Assembly (NCBI GenBank): GCA_965215185.1
Contig: OZ244034.1
Location: forward strand, 224,001 to 288,000
DNA length: 64,000 nt
Direction: 5' to 3'
Source: Acidimicrobiia bacterium
GTDB taxonomy: Bacteria > Actinomycetota > Acidimicrobiia > Spongiisociales > ZC4RG35
In this document: in pieces, positions 9,691 through 19,559 of the stretch
How the letters are laid out: each line of letters opens with the position of its first letter
Position numbering within the stretch: the first letter of the stretch is position 1
The notes under the pieces: generated by a model
The model's database searches: none
What the model was told of the DNA's origin: nothing
The model's input: the letters and a program-made list of their open reading frames with translations, nothing else
Made by a program: the position numbers and the translations under genes

Positions 9691-11148
9691 ATGAAAAAAC
9701 ACCCGCGCTATAGGCTCGTTCTCGCAGCCCTACTGACCTTTGCCTTAGTGGCCGGCTGCAGTTCACCAGGATCGGAGAGCAGTTCGGAATCGTCGACTAC
9801 CACCACGGTCGAGTCGCCGACGGATGACGCTGTAGTCGAGTCCACCGAGCCGACCGAGTCCACCGAGCCGACCGAGTCCAGCGAGCCCCCCGAGTCGACC
9901 ACGTCGAGCGAGCCGGTCGCTCCGGGAGTGAGCACCGAACTGACGGCTGACCCGGTCTCGCTCGTGTTCTACATCGAGCCCAACTTCCCCTACATCGAAG
10001 CGCTCGGGGCGGAGTTCATGCGGCAGTATCCGAATGTTGAGATCGAGTACCGCAAGGACCAATTCGCCAGCCTGATGGAGAACACGCCCCGTGTGCTGGC
10101 TAGTGACGATCCACCGGACATAGTAAGGTTGCCGACCCTTATCGATCTCGTCGCCAATGATCTGCTGCTCAACCTCGATCCGTACGCTGACGCCTTCGGC
10201 TGGGACAGTTGGCCGCAGTCGATCCTCGCCCAGATTCGCGTGAACGAAGGCGGCTCAAGGGGTTCAGGATCGCTCTACGGTCTGGGTCTGGGATACAGCG
10301 TTACCGGAATCTTCTACAACAAGGAGCTGGCCGAACAGATAAACATAACGGCCGCCCCCGAGACTCTGGCGGAGCTCGACGCGCATCTGGCCGCGGCGAA
10401 GGTAGCGGACATTCAGCCGATCCTCGGGATGAACCTTCCGATGGCGGGAACAGCTCTGCCGTATCAGATGGTGCTCAACCAGTACGTTGACATAGATGAC
10501 CTGAACGGCTGGATTCTCCAGCAGCCCGGTCACATCTTCAATTCACCTGCGGCACTGGAGGCAGCCGAGCACTTCAATGACTGGATCGAAGCCGGCTACT
10601 TCCAATCCGATGTAAATGCCATTGACTACCCGACACACGTCGGCCAGTTCATCGACGGCGAGGGGCTCTTCCTGTTCATCGGTGATTGGGAGTCCGCCAA
10701 TCTTGGCGCACAGATGGGTGACAACGTGGGCTTCTTTCTCGTTCCGCCTCTGGAGGCCGGTGATCCCCATGTGGCGATGTCTGCGCCGGCTACTTACGGT
10801 GTGGCTGCCGCCTCCGCCAACCCTGATGCAGCGGCATTCTTCCTCAACTGGGCACACACCAGCCCCGAGGCCCGTCGTATCATCATCGAGGCCAGTGGGC
10901 AGAGTCCTGGTGGCCCGGCTGACTTGCCGGTTCCGGTTGTCGAGGGAACGCTTGCAGCAGAGACGATCGCCGCAGCGGCCGTCCTGGGAGAAGACGACGG
11001 AGCGGTCGACTTCATCGCCAACGCCACTGGCGCTATCTTGTCAGCGGCGATAAGCCCGGAGTTGCAGAAGATGTTCGCCGGCGAGCAGACCCCTCAAGGA
11101 CTGATCGATGCGATTCAAGCAGAATACGAGGACCAACTGGAGAGATAA
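9691..11148 (+). CDS. Sugar ABC transporter substrate-binding lipoprotein
   Basis: Lipobox LVAGC; S/T/E/P linker containing an 18-bp tandem repeat (9838-9891); GIFYNKEL motif. Confidence 0.9.
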   Translation: MKKHPRYRLVLAALLTFALVAGCSSPGSESSSESSTTTTVESPTDDAVVESTEPTESTEPTESSEPPESTTSSEPVAPGVSTELTADPVSLVFYIEPNFPYIEALGAEFMRQYPNVEIEYRKDQFASLMENTPRVLASDDPPDIVRLPTLIDLVANDLLLNLDPYADAFGWDSWPQSILAQIRVNEGGSRGSGSLYGLGLGYSVTGIFYNKELAEQINITAAPETLAELDAHLAAAKVADIQPILGMNLPMAGTALPYQMVLNQYVDIDDLNGWILQQPGHIFNSPAALEAAEHFNDWIEAGYFQSDVNAIDYPTHVGQFIDGEGLFLFIGDWESANLGAQMGDNVGFFLVPPLEAGDPHVAMSAPATYGVAAASANPDAAAFFLNWAHTSPEARRIIIEASGQSPGGPADLPVPVVEGTLAAETIAAAAVLGEDDGAVDFIANATGAILSAAISPELQKMFAGEQTPQGLIDAIQAEYEDQLER

Positions 11149-11277
11149 CACCTCTGCGGGGGAGGGTATCTCTCTCCCGAACGGCACGCGCGGCCGTGCT
11201 GTCGCCTGCGGAGAGCGAATCTCTGCGTTGAATGACACGCCCGGCCGCGCTGTCTACTGCACGACTCCTCTCTGCTC

Positions 11278-12156
11278 GTGAGGCTTAGGGTTCGAAGCGC
11301 CGGTCTTGGGGGATGGGTATACGTTCTGCCGGCGCTGGCTATCTATGCGTGGTTGGTGCTTGGTTCGCTCGCCACTGCGTTCCAGTACTCGTTGTACTAC
11401 TGGGACGGAGTGGGCGAATCACGGTGGGCCGGCTTCGACAATTACATGGAAGTGTTCCGCGACGACGAACTCCTCGGCGCGGTCGTTCACTCCCTTGTCC
11501 TCATTGGCTTCTACACCTTAATTCCCGTGAGCTGTGGGCTGGTGATGGCCGCCGTGATCCACAGGAGCCGCCAACGCTCTCTCAGCGGTCTCGCTCAGAC
11601 AATTCTCTTCGTGCCGCAGCTGGTTCCACTGGTAGCAGCCGGCATCGCCTGGAGATGGATGTTCTCGACCACTGGCGTCATCAACCAGTTCCTGGGCGTC
11701 ATAGGCCTCGGCTCGATCACGAGAGCTTGGCTGGCTGACTTCGACACGGCCCTTTCTGCGGTGGGACTGATCGGTGTCTGGGTGCTGCTGGGGTTTTGCA
11801 CGGTGCTGCTGTTGACCGGCATGAGCAAGATAGACCCGACGCTGTACGAGGCAGCCAGAATCGACGGAGCCGGACCGGTTCGCGAATTCTTTGCTGTGAC
11901 GCTTCCCTCAATACGTAACCAGATAGCGGTATGCCTGACGGTGACCGTCATCCTCTCCCTGGCGAGCTTCGACATCGTATTTGTGTCGACCGGGGGCGGA
12001 CCGGGTCTCCAGACGATGGTTCCCGGTGTGCAGATCTACAGACTCGCGTTCGCCCACCGCCAGGTCGGGCTCGCGTCCGCCTTTGGGCTGGTTCTCATGG
12101 TCCTGGTGATGGTTCTGATCCTTCCCATTCAGCGACTCTCGGTGAGGAGCGACTGA
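11278..12156 (+). CDS. Carbohydrate ABC transporter permease
   Basis: EAA loop LYEAARIDGA; 6 TM segments. Confidence 0.92.
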   Translation: MRLRVRSAGLGGWVYVLPALAIYAWLVLGSLATAFQYSLYYWDGVGESRWAGFDNYMEVFRDDELLGAVVHSLVLIGFYTLIPVSCGLVMAAVIHRSRQRSLSGLAQTILFVPQLVPLVAAGIAWRWMFSTTGVINQFLGVIGLGSITRAWLADFDTALSAVGLIGVWVLLGFCTVLLLTGMSKIDPTLYEAARIDGAGPVREFFAVTLPSIRNQIAVCLTVTVILSLASFDIVFVSTGGGPGLQTMVPGVQIYRLAFAHRQVGLASAFGLVLMVLVMVLILPIQRLSVRSD

Positions 12157-12980
12157 TGATCGCGAGTAAGCGGGAAGTTCTCCTGGGCAGGCTGATTGTG
12201 CTGGTGGCTATCGTCTATACGCTCATTCCTTTGCTGAGCATGCTTTCTGCTGCCTTGCAGCCTCAAGGGACGATCCCCAGAGGGTTCGAATGGCCTGATG
12301 ATCCACAGTGGGGGAACTTCCGCGACGCCTTCAACACGGCCAACATGGCTGCCCTGCTCAAGTCGAGCCTCATCATCGAGGCTGCGGTAGTTCCGATCTC
12401 GGTCTTGATGGCCACCATGGCTGGCTTCGCACTTGGACAGCTCCGTATTCCAGGCGGCAGGGCGGTATTCCTGATCATGCTATTGGGTTTGACGATGCCG
12501 TTCGAAGTGGTAATCACACCGCTCTACTACGAGATGCGTGATCTGGGTCTTGTCAATACCAGATGGGCGATCATCCTGCCGTTGATCGCGCTGTTCATGT
12601 CTTTTGGGGTCTTTTGGATGCGCTCGCACTTCTTGAACTTGCCCTCGGAGTTCTCCGACTCGGCCAAGGTGGACGGGGCAAGCACGTGGCAAGAGTTCCG
12701 CCATGTCCATCTCCCGCTGGCCAGACCGGCCATGTCGTTGCTGGCGATTCTCTACTTCATCTGGACGTGGAACCAGTTTTTTCTCGCTCTCGTCATGGTC
12801 AACGACGCTGAACAGCGCACGATGGCCGGTGCGTTGGGCTACTTTCAGAGCCAATGGGGTATCGATGTGGTGCTGCTGTCCGCCGGTTCGCTGGTCATCC
12901 TCACCCCCACTCTGATTCTCTTTGTCCTATTCCAACGACAGTTCGTGGCAGCGCTACTAGCGGGAGCCGTCAAGGGATGA
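12156..12980 (+). CDS. Carbohydrate ABC transporter permease 2
   Basis: EFSDSAKVDGAS, WNQFF, QRQFVAALLAGAVKG; start set at the TGATG overlap. Confidence 0.92.
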   Translation: MIASKREVLLGRLIVLVAIVYTLIPLLSMLSAALQPQGTIPRGFEWPDDPQWGNFRDAFNTANMAALLKSSLIIEAAVVPISVLMATMAGFALGQLRIPGGRAVFLIMLLGLTMPFEVVITPLYYEMRDLGLVNTRWAIILPLIALFMSFGVFWMRSHFLNLPSEFSDSAKVDGASTWQEFRHVHLPLARPAMSLLAILYFIWTWNQFFLALVMVNDAEQRTMAGALGYFQSQWGIDVVLLSAGSLVILTPTLILFVLFQRQFVAALLAGAVKG

Positions 12981-13747
12981 TTAGCAGGGTCCTGTCAGCT
13001 CATAAGCAGCGGGAAAGCAGTCGGGCCGCTGGTAGGGAGTCTCCCGAAGTGATTGAGGCAAGCTTTATAGAGCAACGGCCTCTTTCCGAAGGCCATCCGC
13101 GGCCCGACGCCGCCGATGAGCCTCACTGCATCACCCGGGAAGAACTTCTGCAACTCGCGGTTGGGATTCACGCCGCAGAGAGAAGGTACCTGATCGGGCT
13201 GACCGGACCGCCCGGATCGGGGAAGTCGACCCTGGCCGAGTATCTCGCTAAGTTGCTGTGCCCTTCCCCACCCATCGTACCGATGGACGGATTCCACCTG
13301 GCACAGGCAATGATCGAAGGGAAGGGATTAGGGGGCAGCAAGGGCTCGCCCGAGACCTTCGACCCTTGGGGCTTCGTCAACCTGATCAGGCGGATAGCGA
13401 GACCGGCTGACGACGCTGTGGTGTATGCGCCACAGTTCCATCGTGAAATCGAAGAACCGATCGCCGGAGCCATCCCGGTCAGACCCGCCGACGGCCTGGT
13501 GATCGTCGAAGGGAACTATCTGTTGTTGGGCGAATCTCCGTGGGATCGGATACCGCCGCTACTCGATCTCTGCGCCTACTTGGAAATCGATGACGCCACC
13601 CGGATAAGCCGTCTCGTCGATCGGCACGTGCGATACGGAAAGTCCAGCATTGAGGCCGAACGCTTCGTTCGTAACTCTGACGAGGTGAACGCTCAACTGA
13701 TCAAGGCAAACCGTCATCGTGCTGACCTCATTGTGCGCCTCAGTTGA
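12977..13747 (+). CDS. Nucleoside/sugar kinase-like P-loop protein (YggC/FrcK-like)
   Basis: GPPGSGKST, PMDGFH, GSPETFD, VEGNYLL. Confidence 0.85.
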   Translation: MISRVLSAHKQRESSRAAGRESPEVIEASFIEQRPLSEGHPRPDAADEPHCITREELLQLAVGIHAAERRYLIGLTGPPGSGKSTLAEYLAKLLCPSPPIVPMDGFHLAQAMIEGKGLGGSKGSPETFDPWGFVNLIRRIARPADDAVVYAPQFHREIEEPIAGAIPVRPADGLVIVEGNYLLLGESPWDRIPPLLDLCAYLEIDDATRISRLVDRHVRYGKSSIEAERFVRNSDEVNAQLIKANRHRADLIVRLS

Positions 13748-13972
13748 GTTGGCCGGTCGGATGTGGCTTCGCGGAACGGTCACGCGCCTTGGATAGGGAG
13801 GCTTGCGGATCGAAACCGACCGGCGCCGCCTGCACCACCGTCGCGTTGAACCTCCTGCTCGGGGCTTCTCAGCCATGCCGGAACTCGTTAAGATGGGTCA
13901 ACGACATCGCCGAAACACGCCAATGGCGGCAAAGGGCCGCAGCGGCGCCGAGAGATCTCCCAGGAGGTAGCC

Positions 13973-14410
13973 ATGTCCATCCGAAGGTTTACCGAAGTCG
14001 AGGCATACCAGCATGCCGATGACGGCTACTACTACCGTCCGCTGGTCGCCGGGAAGGAACTGTTCTCCTACGTGGCCCACGTGCCCGCCGGCGGTTACAT
14101 GCCACCCGATGCGGAGGAGGCCGAGCTGTTCGAGCTTTCGCTGTTCATGCTCGAGGGGAATCTGGACGGGATCCTCGACGAGGACCGGGTGGCCCTGACC
14201 GCGGGAGATGCGCTGCACATTCCCAGGGGGATGCCGTTCGGAGTGGAGAACAGGGGTTCTGCTACGGTCTCGTTCGTGCTCAGCTTCGCCCCCCCGCCGC
14301 CCAATGTGAATCTCGCCACGATGAAAGAGTCGGCCCTGCAACGGGGCCGGGTGGTGATCGAAGCCGCCGACGTCGAGGATGTGGTGGGCCCGGTCACCTT
14401 CCCCGGATAG
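13973..14410 (+). CDS. Cupin-domain protein
   Basis: RBS AGGAGG; LFMLEG..., AGDALHIPRGMPFGVEN cupin motif 2. Confidence 0.8.
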   Translation: MSIRRFTEVEAYQHADDGYYYRPLVAGKELFSYVAHVPAGGYMPPDAEEAELFELSLFMLEGNLDGILDEDRVALTAGDALHIPRGMPFGVENRGSATVSFVLSFAPPPPNVNLATMKESALQRGRVVIEAADVEDVVGPVTFPG

Positions 14411-14415
14411 GCATC

Positions 14416-15450
14416 ATGACGATCGGCGCACCCGGCGAGTCGATCGGCGGGAAAACCGCGGGCTGCAGGTCAACTTTCCGCGACGAGACCCGGTTCGTCG
14501 AGGTCGACGGCGCAACCCTGGCCGGAACCCTGACGTGTCCCACCACGGACGGACCGTGGCCGGTGGCCCTCCTTATAGGCGGGACGTTCTCGGACCTGCG
14601 GGACGCGGATGCGGATCCGAGGCGGTTCCCAGGAGCTCCCAAGCGCGGCATGTACAAGATCCTCGCCCACGGGTTGGCGGAAGCGGGCATCGCCTCCTAC
14701 AGGTTCGACCGCAGAGGCGCCGGTGAGAGCACCGGGGAATTTGGGGTGGAACGCGCCCAGGAGGTCGCCGACGCCGGCGCGGTGTGGCGCTGGGTCAGGT
14801 CTTTACCCGAGTGCAAAGGGAAGGCTGCCATGGTGGGCCACAGCTCCGGCGCCTACATCCTGTGCCGGGTGGCGCTCGAAGTCGGGCAACCCGACGCGGC
14901 GGTGCTGCAGGGCGCCCTGTACCGGTCCATCGCCGATCTGTTCAGGTACAACGGTGGCCAGGTGCTCGACTACATGCGGCTCGGGGCAGAGCAGGCGGCA
15001 TGGGTCAGGGAGCACTCTCCCAAGACCTACGAGGATGCGCTGATGCTGGACGCCACCGTCGGCGCCCTCGAGAACGGCGACTTCATCGCCGAAGCCGAGG
15101 TTGACGGTGTGACAAGGACCCGCGACCTGTCGAGCCTCCGATACGACCTGGAGTTGCCTCCCGAAGACCAGTTCCGCCATCTCGCCGCCCCCACCCTCGT
15201 CCTCCACGCCTCGGAGGACCTGAACGTCCCGGTAGAGGACGCCTTCGACACCGTCCGCGCCCTATGGGCCGCCGGGAACCGGGATGTAGAGCTGCGGATA
15301 CTCTCGGCCGGCAACCATTCGTTCCAGTTCGACGCCCAGGACTACGAAACCCGGGTTCAGGAGAAGATCACCAAGCAGAACTTCGCCCGCCCTTTCGATC
15401 CGCTGTACCCCGCCGTCGTCATCGACTACCTGGCGCGAAGGCTCGCCTAA
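14416..15450 (+). CDS. Alpha/beta hydrolase
   Basis: RFDRRGAGES, GHSSG nucleophile elbow, DLNVP, NHSF (catalytic triad). Confidence 0.88.
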   Translation: MTIGAPGESIGGKTAGCRSTFRDETRFVEVDGATLAGTLTCPTTDGPWPVALLIGGTFSDLRDADADPRRFPGAPKRGMYKILAHGLAEAGIASYRFDRRGAGESTGEFGVERAQEVADAGAVWRWVRSLPECKGKAAMVGHSSGAYILCRVALEVGQPDAAVLQGALYRSIADLFRYNGGQVLDYMRLGAEQAAWVREHSPKTYEDALMLDATVGALENGDFIAEAEVDGVTRTRDLSSLRYDLELPPEDQFRHLAAPTLVLHASEDLNVPVEDAFDTVRALWAAGNRDVELRILSAGNHSFQFDAQDYETRVQEKITKQNFARPFDPLYPAVVIDYLARRLA

Positions 15451-15764
15451 CCCGGCCGCGGACCGGTCACGAAACCTGCTCAAGATTCCATCGGCCCTGG
15501 AATCGTAAACGTTGCTGGCGATCAGCGAAAGTTCCGGGCCACGGGTTGTTAGAAGCCCCTGCGCGTCGTCTCAAACGTCGCGGAGGCCTATTCACCACCA
15601 GAGGTCGCCCTGACCACCCACGCGGTTATCGAGTAGCTGATCAAAGTAACCCGCAAATCGTGCTGACTTCATCGTGCGCCCGGGTTGAGTTGGCCGGTCG
15701 GATGTGGCTTTCTCGCGGCTTACGGGCAAAGGTGAGCGGAGCGAGTGCGGTTGGGTTGCTAAGG

Positions 15765-15796
15765 TGTCCTGTTTCTGAGATGTAGCGACACCTCGG
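15765..15796 (+). repeat. 32-bp repeat, second copy at 62583-62614 (IS-end-like or att-like)
   Basis: TGTCCT(G/A)TTTCTGAGATGTAGCGACACCTCGG, 31/32 identical, direct orientation. Confidence 0.8.
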
Positions 15797-15930
15797 GTTA
15801 ATACCGGGCTCGGGGGGTTCGGCGGTGCATCCTGTTGCTTGAGCATCGGCGAGAACCGCACTTTCGGATTACCCCAAAAACCGCACGAACCGAGCAGCTC
15901 GCACACCCGACAGGAACACGCTTGACGACG

Positions 15931-16137
15931 GATACTATCCCAATATCTTTCGTAAGCGGTTGCTAAAGCGTCGATCTAGCTGGGGGTTTGGTCCTAGGAT
16001 CCATGCATGAACCATGTTGAATATCTTTTGTATGAGGGGGTGTGTGCTGTGAATAGCCGAGTGGTGGCCCTGGCCGACTACCGGGGAACACCACGACTGC
16101 GGTCGGCGGTGGAAGCGTTCTTCTCGGACAAACAACT
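15931..16137 (+). pseudogene. Truncated inverted copy of the upstream region and N-terminus of the 21472-22398 recombinase
   Basis: Encodes VNSRVVALADYRGTPRLRSAVEAFFSDKQL, identical to the intact gene; cut by the ISL3 left end. Confidence 0.9.
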
Positions 16138-16207
16138 TGAGGCTTCGCGATATGTTGGGATTTGGGTAGGGAGGGGCTCTGGAGTTGCCCCGTTTTTGTG
16201 GACGGTT

Positions 16208-17481
16208 TGATGGTCCCCCGGTTTCTTGGAGTCAGCTCACTTGGATCAGTGGAGTGACGGTTCGGTTGTCGTCGTAGTGTATTTTCTCGTATTCGATGGG
16301 GGTGTGCATCTGTAGGGCGGTGTGGCGCCGCTGCCGGTTGTGGAAGATCTCCACGTACTCGAAGATAGCGTTGGCGAGTTCGATACGGGTCCGCCAGCGT
16401 CGCCGGTCCAACAGTTCAACCTGCATACGAGCCCAGAACGACTCCATTGTGGCGTTATCGAAACAATCCCCGACGGTTCCCATCGACGGTACCAGTCCGG
16501 ATTCGAGGGCCCGTTGGGTGAACGCCCAGGAGGTGAATTGGGTGCCCTGGTCCGAATGTATAACCGTGCCGGGATCGGGTTGGCGGTTCCCGATTGCCAT
16601 TCCCAACGCCGAGGTGACCAGTCCCGAGGTCGCCGAGTTATCGATCGACCAGCCCACGACCCGGCGACTGAACACGTCCAGCACCACAGCACAGTACACC
16701 TTGCCTTCCCGGGTGGGATGTTCTGTGATATCGGTCACCCACAGTTGGTCCGGTTCGAAACGGGCGAAGTTGCGGTCGACCAGGTCCACTGGCGTGTCTG
16801 CGTGGCGGGTCCGCCGTCTCGGGGTGCGGTCACCTACTAAGACCAGCTAGACCAGCTCTGCGCATCAGCATCGCTACTGCGTTGTGTCCTACGGTTATTC
16901 CATGACCCAATCTCAGTTCGGCGTGCACCCGCGGTGCCCCATACGTGCCGCGTGACTGTTCATGGATGTGGTGGATGACGTCGGTCAACCAGGCGTGGCG
17001 GATGCAACGGGCTGACGGCGGTCGGGACCTCCAGGCGTAGAACCCGGACTCTGACACTCCGAGCACTCGGCACGCCACCTGGGTGGGAAGCCGTTCGGTT
17101 CTCATGGTCCCGGATCACGGCGTAGCGTCTTTTGGGGACACCACTTGGTCTCCCAGCAGTTCAATAGCTCGCTTGGTCACGGCCAGTTCGGTTTCCAGAT
17201 CGACGATCCGACGGCGAGCGGCGCGCAGTTCGGCCTGTTCCTCCGAAGTGGCGCCGGGTTGTAGACCGCGGTCGATTCGGTCTTGACGCCGCCAGTTGTA
17301 GATCGTCTGATCAGACACCCCGAGATCCGCTGACAACGACGCTACCGACCTACCAACTGCCAGCAGATCGAGCACCCTGCGGCGAAACTCGGGGGGATAT
17401 CGATAAGGCATGAAGACTCCTTTCGGGTCAGTCATACCACCAATTCAAATAACCCGACTCCACGAAAGTGGGGTACCACCA
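16208..17481 (-). mobile_element. IS3-family element (orfA 17115-17411; orfB frameshifted, 16830-17105 and 16232-16789)
   Basis: IRs TGATGGTCCCCCGGTTTCTTGGAGTC / TGGTGGTACCCCACTTTCGTGGAGTC; WVTDITE, HSDQGTQF, DNATMESFW DDE motifs; YPPEFRRR HTH. Confidence 0.9.
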
Positions 17482-17538
17482 GGGGTTGAGGCCTCGCTGG
17501 AATTGGCGGTGTAAGCATTGCCTATCCAGGAGGCCTCA

Positions 17539-18733
17539 ATGAGTTTCGATGTTATGAGGGTGCGGTTGCACCTGCGTGGTGTTCGTGTGACCGGTGTGGA
17601 AGTGGACACCCCCGCAGAGTTGGTGGTGGGGGTGGTTTCTGTCAGGAAGTTGTCATCGTGCCCGTTTTGTGGGCTTTCTTGCCAGCAGGTGCATGACCGT
17701 CGCCGCAGGGAGATCCGCGATCTGGAGCACGGCGGCCGCTCGACGGTGGTGCTATGGACCCAGCGGCGGTTCGTGTGCGGTGCTTGTGGGAAACGGCACA
17801 TGGAAAACCATCCCCAGTTCGAAGGCAGTATTACCCGGCGGCTGGCCCGGCGGCTGGTCCAAGACGCTCAGGTGATGCCGATCAGTGCGGTGTCCCGACA
17901 TCATCGGGTGGGGTGGCATCTGGTCATGGGACTGCTCTGTGACTGGTCCGGGCTGGTCGGAGATCATCGTCGCAAACAGTCCTGTCGGGTGTTGCTGATC
18001 GATGAGACATCGATCCGCAAACGGCATCGGTATGTGACCGTGATCCCCTAGCGGTGACACCGGAGAGATGTTGGCGATGATCGAAGGACGCTCCAAAGCT
18101 GCTCTGAGCAGGTTCTTCATAGAACAAGGACCCCGATGGTGCCACAGTGTGCGTACCGTGGTCACCGACGGTTCCCACTCCTACCGGGCAGCCGTCCATC
18201 GCTATCTTCCCGGAGCCCGTCACGTCCTGGACCGGTTCCACGCCGTCCGCTGGTTCGCCCAAGGACTGACCCTGGTACGCAGAGAACTGCAACGCCGCCA
18301 ACCGCCCGGTGTGAAACCCGCCTTCGAACCGGACCTGTTCCGCGCCCGGTTCTGTCTGCTACGCAGAAACGACCACCTCACCGCCGCCGACCGGAAACGC
18401 CTCGAATGGCTATTCGCCGCCCACCCGCGTCTTCGGGTGGCCTGGGACGCTCTACAAGAGCTCTACGGCCTCTATCAGGCCGACGATCTCCAAGGCGCCC
18501 TGGACGCTCTCCAACGCTTCGCCGACCTCTACGAAACCGGCCAGATTCCCGAGTACCACAACACCGTGGACACCATATTGAACTGGTCAGACGAAATCCT
18601 GAACTGGCACCACAGCCGCCGTTCCAACGGACCCCTCGAAGGCACCAACAACCTAATCCAAACCCTCCGCAGAACCGCCCACGGCTTCACAAACCCCCAA
18701 AACTACGCCGCCCGAGGACTCCTCCTAACATGA
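17539..18733 (+). pseudogene. ISL3 transposase, frameshifted near 18048
   Basis: CPFCG..CGACG zinc finger, IDE, VTD, DRFH, SNGPLEGTNN split over two frames. Confidence 0.9.
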
Positions 18734-18811
18734 ACCCCACCACCAACCAGCCAGACCACAATCCCACGAATTCGCGAAGGGCCCAACATCTAGGGTCTTA
18801 CACTGAAGGGC

Positions 18812-19297
18812 ATGGATGTCTTAAAGTCGGTCATCGTAGATCATCTAATCGAGACTGGCCACCAATCGCGATACAACAATGCGTTTGCTCGTCGGTTCCG
18901 CTCTTACCACTCGGGGATGTTGTGGGGGCTGTCTGCTCTCGGCATAGTGGAGATTGTCTTAGTGGTGATAGAGGTACCAGCAGTGACTCTTACCATCGTG
19001 CCAGCGGTGATGGCCGCTATGGCTGGATGGCTGGAAAGAGCGGACTTGCAGGCGAAAGCCGTCACCCTCTCGAATTTGGCGGGCGACTATCAAATCATCG
19101 AGACGGATCTATGGAGATTGTGGCATGGCACCGACGATGACAATGCCGGACACACCCTAGCAACTGTGGAAACCCAGTTCAAGATTCTGAACGCCAAAGC
19201 CTCCTCTAACAGAATCTCTGTTCAGAGCACCATCAGCAAACGATCCCTTGAGAACACACTGAAGGTTCTTGAGGATCGGGGCATCAGCGTTTCTTAG
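18812..19297 (+). CDS. SLATT-like two-TM protein
   Basis: 161 aa: N-helix, two adjacent TM helices, helical C-terminus; lower GC. Confidence 0.55.
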   Translation: MDVLKSVIVDHLIETGHQSRYNNAFARRFRSYHSGMLWGLSALGIVEIVLVVIEVPAVTLTIVPAVMAAMAGWLERADLQAKAVTLSNLAGDYQIIETDLWRLWHGTDDDNAGHTLATVETQFKILNAKASSNRISVQSTISKRSLENTLKVLEDRGISVS

Positions 19298-19544
19298 GCG
19301 GAGGAGACGGCTTATCTCGCCTCGCGGGTCGTACTGGACGATCAGGTTTATCACGTCGTAGCGGGCGCCGGTCCCTCTGTGGAGGCGGAGAGGGTTCTCT
19401 GCGTTTCCTCTCAGTCAGGTCTGGTCTTGGGGGGTGGGAGGTGCTGTCTGGGGTCAGGATTGTCTCGATCTCCCGACGGAGGCATTGTGCACGTTCTTGT
19501 ACATCACGAGGTAGTTCGGTGTCTGTGATGGTCATCGCAACCAT
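19284..19544 (-). CDS. Small Pro/Arg-rich hypothetical protein
   Basis: Follows the SLH gene on the same strand; repeated RRDKP and PSPPP motifs. Confidence 0.4.
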   Translation of the reverse strand: MVAMTITDTELPRDVQERAQCLRREIETILTPDSTSHPPRPDLTERKRREPSPPPQRDRRPLRRDKPDRPVRPARRDKPSPPPKKR

Positions 19545-19559
19545 GATACCAAAGGCGGG

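Larger units (their letters stand above)
13697..15710 (+). repeat. Imperfect direct repeat of about 73 bp (kinase 3' end): 13697-13769 and 15637-15710
   Basis: Last 27 bp GTTGAGTTGGCCGGTCGGATGTGGCTT identical; upstream part encodes LIK..R..RAD.IVR in both copies. Confidence 0.85.
16139..18784 (+). mobile_element. ISL3-family element with a nested IS3
   Basis: Imperfect terminal repeats (..CTTCGCGATATGTTGGGATT / AATCCCACGAATTCGCGAAG..); transposase at 17539-18733. Confidence 0.75.

Noticed and set aside
9838-9891. 18-bp tandem repeat
   Set aside because: Ordinary ESTEPT linker of a lipoprotein
11278-12980. ABC transporter lacking an ATPase gene
   Set aside because: Common in Actinomycetota, where a shared MsiK-type ATPase is used
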